DNA of 64,000 nt from a virus (lineage: Duplodnaviria; Heunggongvirae; Uroviricota; Caudoviricetes), in the IMG/VR virus record IMGVR_UViG_3300009500_000011, positions 104,585-168,584 of that record; one strand, written 5' to 3'. Each line of letters starts with the position of its first letter. Positions within the stretch are counted from its first letter, which is position 1. The notes under the pieces were generated by a model that was not told where the DNA came from, ran no database searches, and worked only from the letters and a program-made list of their open reading frames with translations. This document shows, in pieces, positions 18,685 through 26,262 of the stretch. The position numbers were made by a program, and so were the translations under genes.

Positions 18685-18759
18685 TCCCTTGTCGTCTAAT
18701 TGGTAGGACGCGAGATTTTGGTTCTCGCTATCGTGGTTCGAGTCCATGCGAGGGAACCA
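18685..18759 (+). tRNA. tRNA-Gln (anticodon TTG)
   Basis: Acceptor TCCCTTG/CGAGGGA, stem CGAGA/TCTCG, loop TTTTGGT, T-arm CGTGG-TTCGAGT-CCATG, A73-CCA. Confidence 0.55.
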
Positions 18760-18766
18760 GTTTTAT

Positions 18767-18843
18767 TGGAGAATGGCCAAGTTGGTAAGGCACCTCGCTT
18801 TGAACGAGGAAATGCGAAGGTTCGATGCCTTCTTCTCCAGCCA
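18767..18843 (+). tRNA. tRNA with anticodon TTG (Gln-type loop CTTTGAA), atypical 6-nt variable region
   Basis: Acceptor TGGAGAA/TTCTCCA, D-arm GCC-AAGTTGGTAA-GGC, stem CCTCG/CGAGG, T-arm GAAGG-TTCGATG-CCTTC, G73-CCA. Confidence 0.45.
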
Positions 18844-18867
18844 AATTTTTTAAATATCAAACATCGA

Positions 18868-18943
18868 CCGGGTTTAGCTGAGACGGTTCAAGCGTGTCCC
18901 TGAAGAGGACGAGACGGGGATTCGAGCGCCCCAACCCGGACCA
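18868..18943 (+). tRNA. tRNA-Phe (anticodon GAA)
   Basis: Acceptor CCGGGTT/AACCCGG, stem TGTCC/GGACG, loop CTGAAGA, A73-CCA; T-stem has one A-G mismatch. Confidence 0.55.
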
Positions 18944-18948
18944 ATCAT

Positions 18949-19020
18949 TGGAGTGGTAGCATAGAGGTAATGTACCGTTTTATCGCGAGCGGGATGAAGG
19001 TTCGAGTCCTTCCCCTCCAG
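18949..19020 (+). tRNA. tRNA-like gene with 8-nt anticodon loop (TTATCGCG) - identity unclear
   Basis: Acceptor TGGAGTG/CCCTCCA (one mismatch), D-arm GCAT-AGAGGTA-ATGT, stem CCGTT/AGCGG enclosing 8 nt, canonical T-arm GAAGG-TTCGAGT-CCTTC. Confidence 0.35.
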
Positions 19021-19040
19021 TTCTTTTTTAAAAAGAAATC

Positions 19041-19214
19041 ATGATTAATAAACAATTAGTAAAAGAAGTTGCTGCTCGAATTAAAAATCCATCACCACGT
19101 ACAGCAAAGCGTGAATCTTTTGCTATTGCTTCTATGGTAGCAGAATCTTTAAAATTATCAGGAATAATGACAACTCTAGAAGATGTTTTAAAATCTTATT
19201 ATGGAGATAAATAA
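19041..19214 (+). CDS. hypothetical small protein (57 aa)
   Basis: ATG after AAAAGAAATC, open frame to TAA 19212-19214; below the ORF-track length cut-off. Confidence 0.3.
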   Translation: MINKQLVKEVAARIKNPSPRTAKRESFAIASMVAESLKLSGIMTTLEDVLKSYYGDK

Positions 19215-19217
19215 TTT

Positions 19218-19496
19218 ATGATGAGATTCAAACCTGGTGATAAAGTAACAGCAGTTTTTTCTGCTGATAAGACAGCCCACATAATGAAATATCCAAATGG
19301 TTTGCCCGGATATGACCATTGTTGTGACAAATGCCGTGGCGTTGCTCGCATGGTTTGTTTGGCGTTTATGCATTATGATTTTGGAATTAAAGAGGGAACG
19401 CTTTTACCTACTTGTGAGTTTTGTGCAAAAGGTTTAATTGATGAAGGTAATTTATCTCCTGCTCTTGGAAAATATTTAAAAGAGATACAGGTATGA
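19218..19496 (+). CDS. Cys-rich (zinc-binding) small protein
   Basis: HCCDKCRG...CEFC. Confidence 0.35.
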   Translation: MMRFKPGDKVTAVFSADKTAHIMKYPNGLPGYDHCCDKCRGVARMVCLAFMHYDFGIKEGTLLPTCEFCAKGLIDEGNLSPALGKYLKEIQV

Positions 19497-19696
19497 AATA
19501 CAAAGTTGTTTATGAATATTATGCCGGAATGGGTGATTATGGTATTGATGAACGATTTATAGAATCAAGAGAAGAATTAATTAAAATTTTAAATAATGTT
19601 TTTAGGGACGATATAATGATTAATGCTATCAAAATTTATCGTTTAAATCCAAATAGCGAATATTTAGGAGAAATAGATTATCATGACAAAATTTGA
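19493..19696 (+). CDS. hypothetical protein
   Basis: Track ORF, overlapping start/stop. Confidence 0.3.
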   Translation: MKYKVVYEYYAGMGDYGIDERFIESREELIKILNNVFRDDIMINAIKIYRLNPNSEYLGEIDYHDKI

Positions 19697-19913
19697 AGCC
19701 TTGCCTCAATCTCAAGAAAAATATAACCGTAATACAACAACTGACAAAGTTCCTAATGCTACTCAGGCTTCTTTTCGTCGTGCTGAAATGTTAATATGTA
19801 AACATTGCAAGAAAAACTGGAATGAGCATTTAGGTTATTTTGTTGGCAAAGCAGTTCCTGGAATGTGTTTAACTGAAGAAAATTTTAAAGAAACAGGAAC
19901 AAAAATCTCTTAG
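19683..19913 (+). CDS. hypothetical protein
   Basis: Track ORF; CKHCKK motif. Confidence 0.3.
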   Translation: MTKFEALPQSQEKYNRNTTTDKVPNATQASFRRAEMLICKHCKKNWNEHLGYFVGKAVPGMCLTEENFKETGTKIS

Positions 19914-19950
19914 TATAAGATAATAATAGAAATTATATTGTCTTTGATTT

Positions 19951-20026
19951 GCAGGTGTCGTATAATGGATAATTACAGGGCATTGCCAATGCTCAAATAG
20001 GAGTTCGATTCTCCTTACCTGCTCCA
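19951..20026 (+). tRNA. tRNA-Gly (anticodon GCC)
   Basis: Acceptor GCAGGTG/TACCTGC, stem GGGCA/TGCTC, loop TTGCCAA, T-arm AGGAG-TTCGATT-CTCCT, U73-CCA. Confidence 0.75.
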
Positions 20027-20045
20027 ATATATAAAAAAAGGCAAT

Positions 20046-20414
20046 ATGTTTTCGCGTAAAATTTTTAAACCAGTTGAAATTCCAAAGTTTGATTTAAGAC
20101 CAATTAAATTACAAAGATTAGCATTTATAAAAAATTCTTGCTTTCACTCTGATTATTTATGTGTAGAACCCAATGTTGTTGAAGAAATAAAATTCTTTAA
20201 AGACAAATTTTATCCAGTTCAATTCTTTGAAAAAGTAACTCAATTTACTCTATACAGAAGTTTAGACTATTTAGATAATAATACTACTATTGGATTTTAT
20301 AAATATTCTAATATATTTAATATTAATACTAATTTAATAGATTGGATAGGACAAGAATTTGATACCGAGGAATTTCTTAATTATCATGAAGTTATAAAGG
20401 TTACGCGCAAATGA
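20046..20414 (+). CDS. hypothetical protein
   Basis: Track ORF. Confidence 0.35.
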   Translation: MFSRKIFKPVEIPKFDLRPIKLQRLAFIKNSCFHSDYLCVEPNVVEEIKFFKDKFYPVQFFEKVTQFTLYRSLDYLDNNTTIGFYKYSNIFNINTNLIDWIGQEFDTEEFLNYHEVIKVTRK

Positions 20415-20578
20415 CAGATTCAACTGTAGATGCAATAAAAAATATGAATCAATTTAAAGATAAACATAGACGTATGCAACTTATGGCTGATATTTTTGAT
20501 GCTTCAAAAGATTTTGAAGAAGATGAAGAAAATAATATAGAAGTAAAAAAAGAAGTTAAAAATAATGCAAATAAATGA
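20411..20578 (+). CDS. hypothetical small acidic protein (55 aa)
   Basis: ATG at 20411, frame closes at TGA 20576-20578; overlaps neighbours by 4 and 14 nt. Confidence 0.3.
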   Translation: MTDSTVDAIKNMNQFKDKHRRMQLMADIFDASKDFEEDEENNIEVKKEVKNNANK

Positions 20579-20777
20579 AACATCTGTTTACGAACTTCGT
20601 TTAAAATATCCTCTTAATGGCGCTTCTTCTCAGGAAGAAGTTCATAAACGCCTTAAGGATATTTCTGCTTTATTAAAAGAGCATGGGTTTACTTCTGTTG
20701 AAATAACTGCTGCGGGTCTTGAAGTTGCTAGTGGAGATTTAGACATTAGAACTTTTAAAACTCCTTTGAAATACTAA
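20565..20777 (+). CDS. hypothetical protein
   Basis: Track ORF. Confidence 0.3.
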   Translation: MQINETSVYELRLKYPLNGASSQEEVHKRLKDISALLKEHGFTSVEITAAGLEVASGDLDIRTFKTPLKY

Positions 20778-21223
20778 TGTTAGAGCGTAATCAAGATATA
20801 TTAACTCAAATTAATGAACCTCATGTAGCAACCTGTGTGACAACGAATGCAGTAGTCAAACAGGATGGTAAAGCGGTAATGGGTGCAGGGGTTGCAAAAG
20901 TTATTAGAGACATGTATAGTGGTTCCGACACAATTTTAGGTGCGCTTATTAAAACTTATGGGCATAAAGTTCAACAGTTTTGGATAACACCTGCATTAGT
21001 ATCTTTTCCTACTAAAGACCATTTCAAAAATAAATCAAATATTTCTTTAATTCAACGTTCTGCAAAAGAACTTTACGAATGGGCAAATCTTAATACACAA
21101 TATTTGACCATAATATTGCCAAGACCTGGTTGCAATAATGGGGGTTTAAATTGGGAAGATATAAAACCAACACTAGAATCAATCTTAGTAGATAATAGAT
21201 TTGTTGTAATAGATAAAGGATGA
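20777..21223 (+). CDS. macro-domain-like protein (ADP-ribose binding/hydrolase?)
   Basis: TCVTTNAVVKQDGKAVMGAGVAKVI resembles the macro-domain N-terminal motif (V.AAN..L.GGGV). Confidence 0.35.
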   Translation: MLERNQDILTQINEPHVATCVTTNAVVKQDGKAVMGAGVAKVIRDMYSGSDTILGALIKTYGHKVQQFWITPALVSFPTKDHFKNKSNISLIQRSAKELYEWANLNTQYLTIILPRPGCNNGGLNWEDIKPTLESILVDNRFVVIDKG

Positions 21224-21227
21224 AAGA

Positions 21228-21500
21228 ATGAGAATTGTTATTAATACGTGTTATGGCGGATTTAGTCTTTCCAAAGAAGCATATAAATATTTAAACAAAG
21301 AATGGGATGGATATGGATACGATTTTAATTTGTCAAGACATGACCCAAAACTTGTTGAATGTGTTGAAAAACTTGGTGCATCAGCAAATGGTACGTATGC
21401 AGAATTGAAAGTCATAGAAATTCCTGATGATGTTGATTACATAATCGAAGAATACGATGGAATAGAACATGTTGCAGAACGTCATAGAGTCTGGAATTAA
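21228..21500 (+). CDS. hypothetical protein
   Basis: Track ORF. Confidence 0.3.
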   Translation: MRIVINTCYGGFSLSKEAYKYLNKEWDGYGYDFNLSRHDPKLVECVEKLGASANGTYAELKVIEIPDDVDYIIEEYDGIEHVAERHRVWN

Positions 21501-21741
21501 AATGAATAACGAATATTATTGGGTCATATCCTGTTCTGAAGATGGCGATGTAAGAATAGAACCATATAGTAAACCTATACTTTTAAGAGGGTTAAAAGAA
21601 AAATGGTGGGGTCAACCTTTGGAAAATATACCATACGGAGGAATTGACCCCCAAGATTGGGGTAATAGAATACTAATAATTAAAGGTTCTCAAGTAGTTC
21701 CTTTTGAAAAAGAAATTGTTACGGAGTACGATATTATTTAA
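21469..21741 (+). CDS. hypothetical protein
   Basis: Track ORF. Confidence 0.3.
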   Translation: MLQNVIESGIKMNNEYYWVISCSEDGDVRIEPYSKPILLRGLKEKWWGQPLENIPYGGIDPQDWGNRILIIKGSQVVPFEKEIVTEYDII

Positions 21742-21742
21742 A

Positions 21743-21925
21743 ATGGGTAAAGTTGAATTTATTTATGATAATTATAGTGGAGAACTTCGTTTAGTTGTTA
21801 TTAATGGTCGCATGTTTAGAATTTTTGATGATACAATAACTTCTTTTAAAGATATTTTTGAACATCTTCGTTATGATGTTACGGTTAAAGGAATTGAACC
21901 CGAAGAATTTGAAGAATTAATGTGA
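21743..21925 (+). CDS. hypothetical protein
   Basis: Start moved to ATG 21743 to avoid overlap with the upstream ORF. Confidence 0.3.
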   Translation: MGKVEFIYDNYSGELRLVVINGRMFRIFDDTITSFKDIFEHLRYDVTVKGIEPEEFEELM

Positions 21926-22161
21926 GCAATTCAACTTGCGAAATGATTGCTTATGGCACTCCTTGTCGCAAAAACAACAATTTGACAAAATGTGAAACTT
22001 GCGGTAAAGTATTTTGTGGTAAGTATCATGAACGAAGTCATAATTGTCCAAAAGGCACCATTGATTCCAAAGAAGAATATAATCAATGGTTAAAAGATAC
22101 AAATTCAGAACCTTGGAGAATAGATACAGAAGCATCAAGATATAAACATCCAGGAGTATAA
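21922..22161 (+). CDS. zinc-finger small protein
   Basis: CETCGKVFCGKYHERSHNC (C2H2/zinc-ribbon-like). Confidence 0.35.
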   Translation: MSNSTCEMIAYGTPCRKNNNLTKCETCGKVFCGKYHERSHNCPKGTIDSKEEYNQWLKDTNSEPWRIDTEASRYKHPGV

Positions 22162-22163
22162 GA

Positions 22164-22454
22164 ATGACTAAAGAATTTGACCCTATAACACTTCGAAATT
22201 TAGTTTGGGAAGAACTAGATGAAAATGAAGATTATAAAGTGATTGTAGATGAAATAATATCAACTACAAGATGGGCGGTAGTTCACAAGCTTATTTTTAA
22301 GCACGACGGTAAATTTTGGCAAACTACATATAATGTGCCTGCAACCGAAATGCAAGAAGAAATGCCTTTTGAATATCAAGAAGTAGTAAATTGTCGTCAA
22401 GTTGTTCCTAAAGAAGTAACCACAATAAAATACGTGCCTGCTAATGATGAATAG
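22164..22454 (+). CDS. hypothetical protein
   Basis: Track ORF. Confidence 0.3.
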   Translation: MTKEFDPITLRNLVWEELDENEDYKVIVDEIISTTRWAVVHKLIFKHDGKFWQTTYNVPATEMQEEMPFEYQEVVNCRQVVPKEVTTIKYVPANDE

Positions 22455-22803
22455 TATAACTTTAAATTATACAATTTCGGGTTCTGCCGCAAAGTGTGCC
22501 GCTGCTGCATCGCTTCTTATTAAAAAATTTGAAGAAGTCATTTTCTTAAATGAAAGTGGTCAATTTGAAAATGCTACAAAAATTTCATTGTTTAATTTTC
22601 AGAATCAGTATCCAAATGCTTACAAAGGTATAATTGAATTTAAATCAAAGGAAAATATCCATAGAATCTCTCAATTATTAGGCGGAACATGGAAGAAACC
22701 TGTTGACCACAATATCTATTTAATTTCAGAAAAAGGTTTTCAAGAAATAGGAATTGATTGGGCTTGTCTGGAATACAGCGGAGAATGGCCTAAAATAAAA
22801 TAA
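22444..22803 (+). CDS. hypothetical protein
   Basis: Track ORF. Confidence 0.3.
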   Translation: MMNSITLNYTISGSAAKCAAAASLLIKKFEEVIFLNESGQFENATKISLFNFQNQYPNAYKGIIEFKSKENIHRISQLLGGTWKKPVDHNIYLISEKGFQEIGIDWACLEYSGEWPKIK

Positions 22804-22893
22804 ATCTAAACAGATTTATATACAAACAATCTTTACTACAATATAAATGCCTATAGGATTCACTAATTAATTCTAAATATTTTATGAGGACAT

Positions 22894-23004
22894 ATGGACG
22901 AATACGGCGAAGACGAAGATTTATTTGATAATTTATATGATGATGATTTCGTTGATAATGAAGACGAAGAAGACATTTATATAGAAGACGAAGAAGAATT
23001 TTAA
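22894..23004 (+). CDS. very acidic 36-aa protein (DNA-mimic-like composition)
   Basis: MDEYGEDEDLFDNLYDDDFVDNEDEEDIYIEDEEEF; ATG 22894 to TAA 23002-23004. Confidence 0.3.
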   Translation: MDEYGEDEDLFDNLYDDDFVDNEDEEDIYIEDEEEF

Positions 23005-23091
23005 AATTTGCACGGGCGTTGGTGACAAGGGACAGGGAAACGACCAACGAAGAATGATGACGGGCGTGGGGTTGTCATTCAAAATAATAAT

Positions 23092-23174
23092 GCTGGGGTG
23101 GCTCAGAGGCGACAGCGCCAGTTTTGTAAACTGGTATACAAACAACGTGGGTTCGAGTCCCACCCCCAGCCCCA
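23092..23174 (+). tRNA. tRNA-Thr-like (anticodon TGT) with 12-nt unpaired variable region
   Basis: Acceptor GCTGGGG/CCCCAGC, stem CCAGT/ACTGG, loop TTTGTAA, variable TATACAAACAAC, T-arm GTGGG-TTCGAGT-CCCAC, CCA encoded. Confidence 0.5.
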
Positions 23175-23388
23175 ATTATGTTATATAATGAGTATTAAGC
23201 AGATACAATATTCTAGTAGTCTAGATGGGACCCGAGCTTGTCATCCCACGGACGTTAAAGTGGTGCGGCGATAGATGTGGTTCAAGCATATGAACGACAC
23301 ATATTATTAACTGAAATAAATGCCAAATAAACAGCCTTTTGAAAGGTGTTAAATTAAGGTAATTATTGTCTTAGAAAGAAAATTAAAT

Positions 23389-24129
23389 ATGTCAAAAACA
23401 ATAAAACGAACAGTCACAACCATCGTTGAAGAAGAAGTTGTGCCTACTAATGAAGGTCTTTATACCGAAGTATTAGTAGATATGTCAGGTTCTATGTCAA
23501 ATGTTTGGGACTCTACAATTGCCGGTATCAATGAATTAAAAAACGGCCCATCTGGTTCCAATGATACAATGTCATTGACGTTTTTTGATAACGTTGTTGA
23601 ACGTCCATATATCAACAAATCTGTTAAATCAATTCCAGATGTAACTCGCGAATTATATCATCCACGCGGTTCTACTGCGTTACTTGATGCAATTGGAACA
23701 ACAATTAGAAGTGTTGAAAATATGAAAGATAGACCTTCTAAAGTTTTGTTTGTCATCATAACTGATGGTCAAGAAAATGCAAGTCGTGAATTTAATAATT
23801 CTCAAGTCTCTGCTCTTATTCGTGAAAAAGAAGCACAAGGCTGGGAATTTCTTTATATGGGAGCAAACCAAGATGCTTGGTCAACTGCTACGAATATTGG
23901 TATTCAAGGTGTAGGTAAATTTAATTTTGCTTCTAATCCTACTGTTACTGCTGCTGCTTTTAAAGGTGCTTCAGCAACACGTTCTGCTTATTCTAGTGGT
24001 ATGTCATACAATGCATCGGTTGGTGCGACATACAGCACGTTAAATGCTGTAGCACCAGAACTTAATGCAAACTATCTTGACAATAGTGGAAACACTTCTA
24101 TAATCGACACAGATATTACAAAGATTTAA
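23389..24129 (+). CDS. von Willebrand factor A (vWA) domain protein
   Basis: MIDAS-like VLVDMSGSMS ... TALLDAIG ... VIITDGQEN. Confidence 0.55.
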   Translation: MSKTIKRTVTTIVEEEVVPTNEGLYTEVLVDMSGSMSNVWDSTIAGINELKNGPSGSNDTMSLTFFDNVVERPYINKSVKSIPDVTRELYHPRGSTALLDAIGTTIRSVENMKDRPSKVLFVIITDGQENASREFNNSQVSALIREKEAQGWEFLYMGANQDAWSTATNIGIQGVGKFNFASNPTVTAAAFKGASATRSAYSSGMSYNASVGATYSTLNAVAPELNANYLDNSGNTSIIDTDITKI

Positions 24130-24165
24130 TTTGTACGCCCAGCCCAAGCGTTATTGGGCTCCTTT

Positions 24166-24240
24166 GCCTCTATCTTTCAACGGCTAGGAAACATCATTGG
24201 TAATGATGCAATGAAGGTTCGATTCCTTCTAGGGGCTCCA
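24166..24240 (+). tRNA. tRNA-Thr (anticodon GGT)
   Basis: Acceptor GCCTCTA/TAGGGGC, stem CATCA/TGATG, loop TTGGTAA, T-arm GAAGG-TTCGATT-CCTTC, U73-CCA. Confidence 0.7.
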
Positions 24241-24446
24241 ATTCTTAAGAGGATAGAATGTTTGATAGATTAAAAGAAATATTTGCGGTTAGATTAATTA
24301 TTAAACTTGGTTTTGAAGATAAATTAATGGGCGCTCATCTTCCTAAGATTACTGATATGGATATTAAAGCAATTTTGGTCCAGATGAGAAAAGAGGGCTA
24401 TTATAGTCCTCATGGTTTTATATAAAATTAAAAAGATTGATGTAAA

Positions 24447-24935
24447 TTGAAATATTTTTTTGATACCGAATTCATAGAAAATGGAGAAACTATAGACCTA
24501 GTAAGTATAGGTATTGTTTCTGAAATTGGACGTACTTACTATGCAATTAGTAAAGAATTTGACCCTACCAAGGCTGACCCTTGGGTTATTGAAAATGTTC
24601 TAACTCTTTTAGTTAAAGATGGTAAGCCAATCGAACCTGAAAATTGGAAAAGTCGAGAACAAATTAAGAATGATATTTTAACATTTGTTGATGATGAACC
24701 TGAATTTTGGGCTTGGTACGGAGCTTATGACTGGGTATGTTTAGCACAATTGTTTGGTAAAATGGTAAATTTACCAAAACATTTTCCCATGTATGCCAGA
24801 GATATAAAATTATTATCAGAATTAAAGGGTAATCCTCCTAAGCCTCCTCAAGCAGGAAGTAAGCATAACGCTCTTGAAGATGCAAAATGGAATAGAATGT
24901 TTTATAATATGCTTATCAAGATGCCTTACGTTTGA
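24447..24935 (+). CDS. DEDDh 3'-5' exonuclease
   Basis: Exo I FFDTEF, Exo II YGAYDW, Exo III HNALEDAKW. Confidence 0.55.
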   Translation: MKYFFDTEFIENGETIDLVSIGIVSEIGRTYYAISKEFDPTKADPWVIENVLTLLVKDGKPIEPENWKSREQIKNDILTFVDDEPEFWAWYGAYDWVCLAQLFGKMVNLPKHFPMYARDIKLLSELKGNPPKPPQAGSKHNALEDAKWNRMFYNMLIKMPYV

Positions 24936-24938
24936 TAC

Positions 24939-24967
24939 TTGACAAAATATTTGAAATAGAGTAATAT
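24939..24967 (+). promoter_or_regulatory. promoter TTGACA-N17-TAATAT directly in front of the Cys-rich mini-ORF (near-leaderless)
   Basis: The -10 ends 6 nt before ATG 24974. Confidence 0.45.
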
Positions 24968-24973
24968 GTAAAT

Positions 24974-25093
24974 ATGAATACTAATCATAGAGTCTGCCGT
25001 TGCGACGGTAAACCATATCCAAAAAGTCTAAGATGCAAGTGTAATTGCCAATGCGAAGGTTGTTCAGGAGCCCGCAAGGCAAGAAGCAAATAA
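24974..25093 (+). CDS. Cys-rich 39-aa protein
   Basis: MNTNHRVCRCDG...CKCNCQCEGC; a consensus promoter lies immediately upstream. Confidence 0.3.
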   Translation: MNTNHRVCRCDGKPYPKSLRCKCNCQCEGCSGARKARSK

Positions 25094-25103
25094 ACTGAAT
25101 ATT

Positions 25104-25188
25104 GGGACTTTGGCAGAGCGGTTATGCAACGGACTCTTAATCCGTGAGGGAAACCTCTATGTGGGTTCGACCCCCACAGGTCCCACCA
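25104..25188 (+). tRNA. type-II tRNA (15-nt variable arm) carrying a Lys-type anticodon loop CTCTTAA (CTT)
   Basis: Acceptor GGGACTT/AGGTCCC, stem ACGGA/TCCGT, variable arm GAGGGAAACCTCTAT, T-arm GTGGG-TTCGACC-CCCAC, A73-CCA. Confidence 0.5.
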
Positions 25189-25197
25189 AATAACTAT

Positions 25198-25274
25198 GGG
25201 ATAGTAGGAGAATTGGCATATCTACCACGTTTAGACCGTGGGTTCTGTGGGTTCAAGTCCCACCTATCCTACCA
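25198..25274 (+). tRNA. class-I tRNA (5-nt variable loop) carrying a Leu-type anticodon TAG
   Basis: Acceptor GGGATAG/CTATCCT, stem CCACG/CGTGG, loop TTTAGAC, T-arm GTGGG-TTCAAGT-CCCAC, A73-CCA. Confidence 0.55.
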
Positions 25275-25281
25275 AATATTT

Positions 25282-25310
25282 AAAAGACCTGATATCAGGT
25301 CTTTTATCAT
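25282..25310 (+). terminator. intrinsic terminator after the tRNA pair
   Basis: AAAAGACCTGA-TA-TCAGGTCTTTT + ATCATT. Confidence 0.6.
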
Positions 25311-25587
25311 TCAAAAAGTTTAATTTAATATGGCAAGAAAAAACATAGATGATATTTATAACGAAAACAATTATGTTCAGAAAAATTATACAGGCAGCGG
25401 TTTTGCCCTTGGTTTAGCCTTGGCGGCGACATGTTTGATAGCGTTGCACCTTCTGGGAGTTAAATTGATTTAATATGGTAAGATTAAAATTAAAATGGAA
25501 AATAAAAAAAGATGGATATGGTTTAAAATCATCTTGGAAAAAGAAAAACAAACATAAAAAATCTTTTATTATCTGGAAATAAAAATA

Positions 25588-26253
25588 ATGCCTTTAAAAA
25601 TCGTGTGTATTTCTGATACTCACAATTCATTAAATCAACTTGAACTTAATGGATTAAAAATGCCAGAAGCAGATGTTCTTATACATGCTGGTGATTTAAC
25701 ATTTAAAGGCCAACTTCCAGAAATTTCAAAAGCAAATTATCATTTAGGGAAAATTAAACATAAGTATAAACATGTGGTTTTTGTTCCAGGAAATCATGAT
25801 TTTCTTTTTCAAAAAGATGAAGCAATTGCAAGGGCTGTATTGTCTAATGCAACCGTATTAATTGACCAACCTTTAGAAATTGAAGGTTATAAATTTTACG
25901 GTAGTCCTTGGCAACCCTGGTATCAAGATTGGGCATTTAATTTTAAAAAATATTCAGCAGGAGGAAAAGAACAGTCAATTCGTATTTGGGGAGCTATTCC
26001 TGAAGAGACTGATATTTTAATTACTCATGTCCCGCCATATATGATGATGGATAAAACTGAATATGGTGAAAATATTGGTGATGCTTGGCTTGCTAAACGT
26101 TTGAAAGAACTTCCTAATCTTAAACTTCATGTTTTTGGGCATGTTCATGAAAGATACGGTAAAGTAGAAGCAAAAATTACCTTTGTTAATGCAGCTTCTA
26201 TGAACCGTAGATATAGCATTGTGAATCCACCAATTGTTATAGATTTGCCTTAA
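25588..26253 (+). CDS. calcineurin-like metallophosphoesterase
   Basis: CISDTHN, GDLTFKG, GNHD, GHVH motifs. Confidence 0.6.
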   Translation: MPLKIVCISDTHNSLNQLELNGLKMPEADVLIHAGDLTFKGQLPEISKANYHLGKIKHKYKHVVFVPGNHDFLFQKDEAIARAVLSNATVLIDQPLEIEGYKFYGSPWQPWYQDWAFNFKKYSAGGKEQSIRIWGAIPEETDILITHVPPYMMMDKTEYGENIGDAWLAKRLKELPNLKLHVFGHVHERYGKVEAKITFVNAASMNRRYSIVNPPIVIDLP

Positions 26254-26262
26254 AATAAGAAT

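Noticed and set aside
18700-18903. 67-aa ORF
   Set aside because: Covers tRNA-Gln(UUG), the following tRNA and the tRNA-Phe 5' half; spurious.
16876-19020. tRNA cluster as a prophage integration (attP) site
   Set aside because: No integrase, recombinase or repressor gene in the window; the gene content is that of a virulent phage.
23175-23320. Possible additional tRNA (GGTTCAAGC T-loop-like motif at ~23286)
   Set aside because: Could not pair any acceptor stem around it; probably a stem-loop in an untranslated leader.
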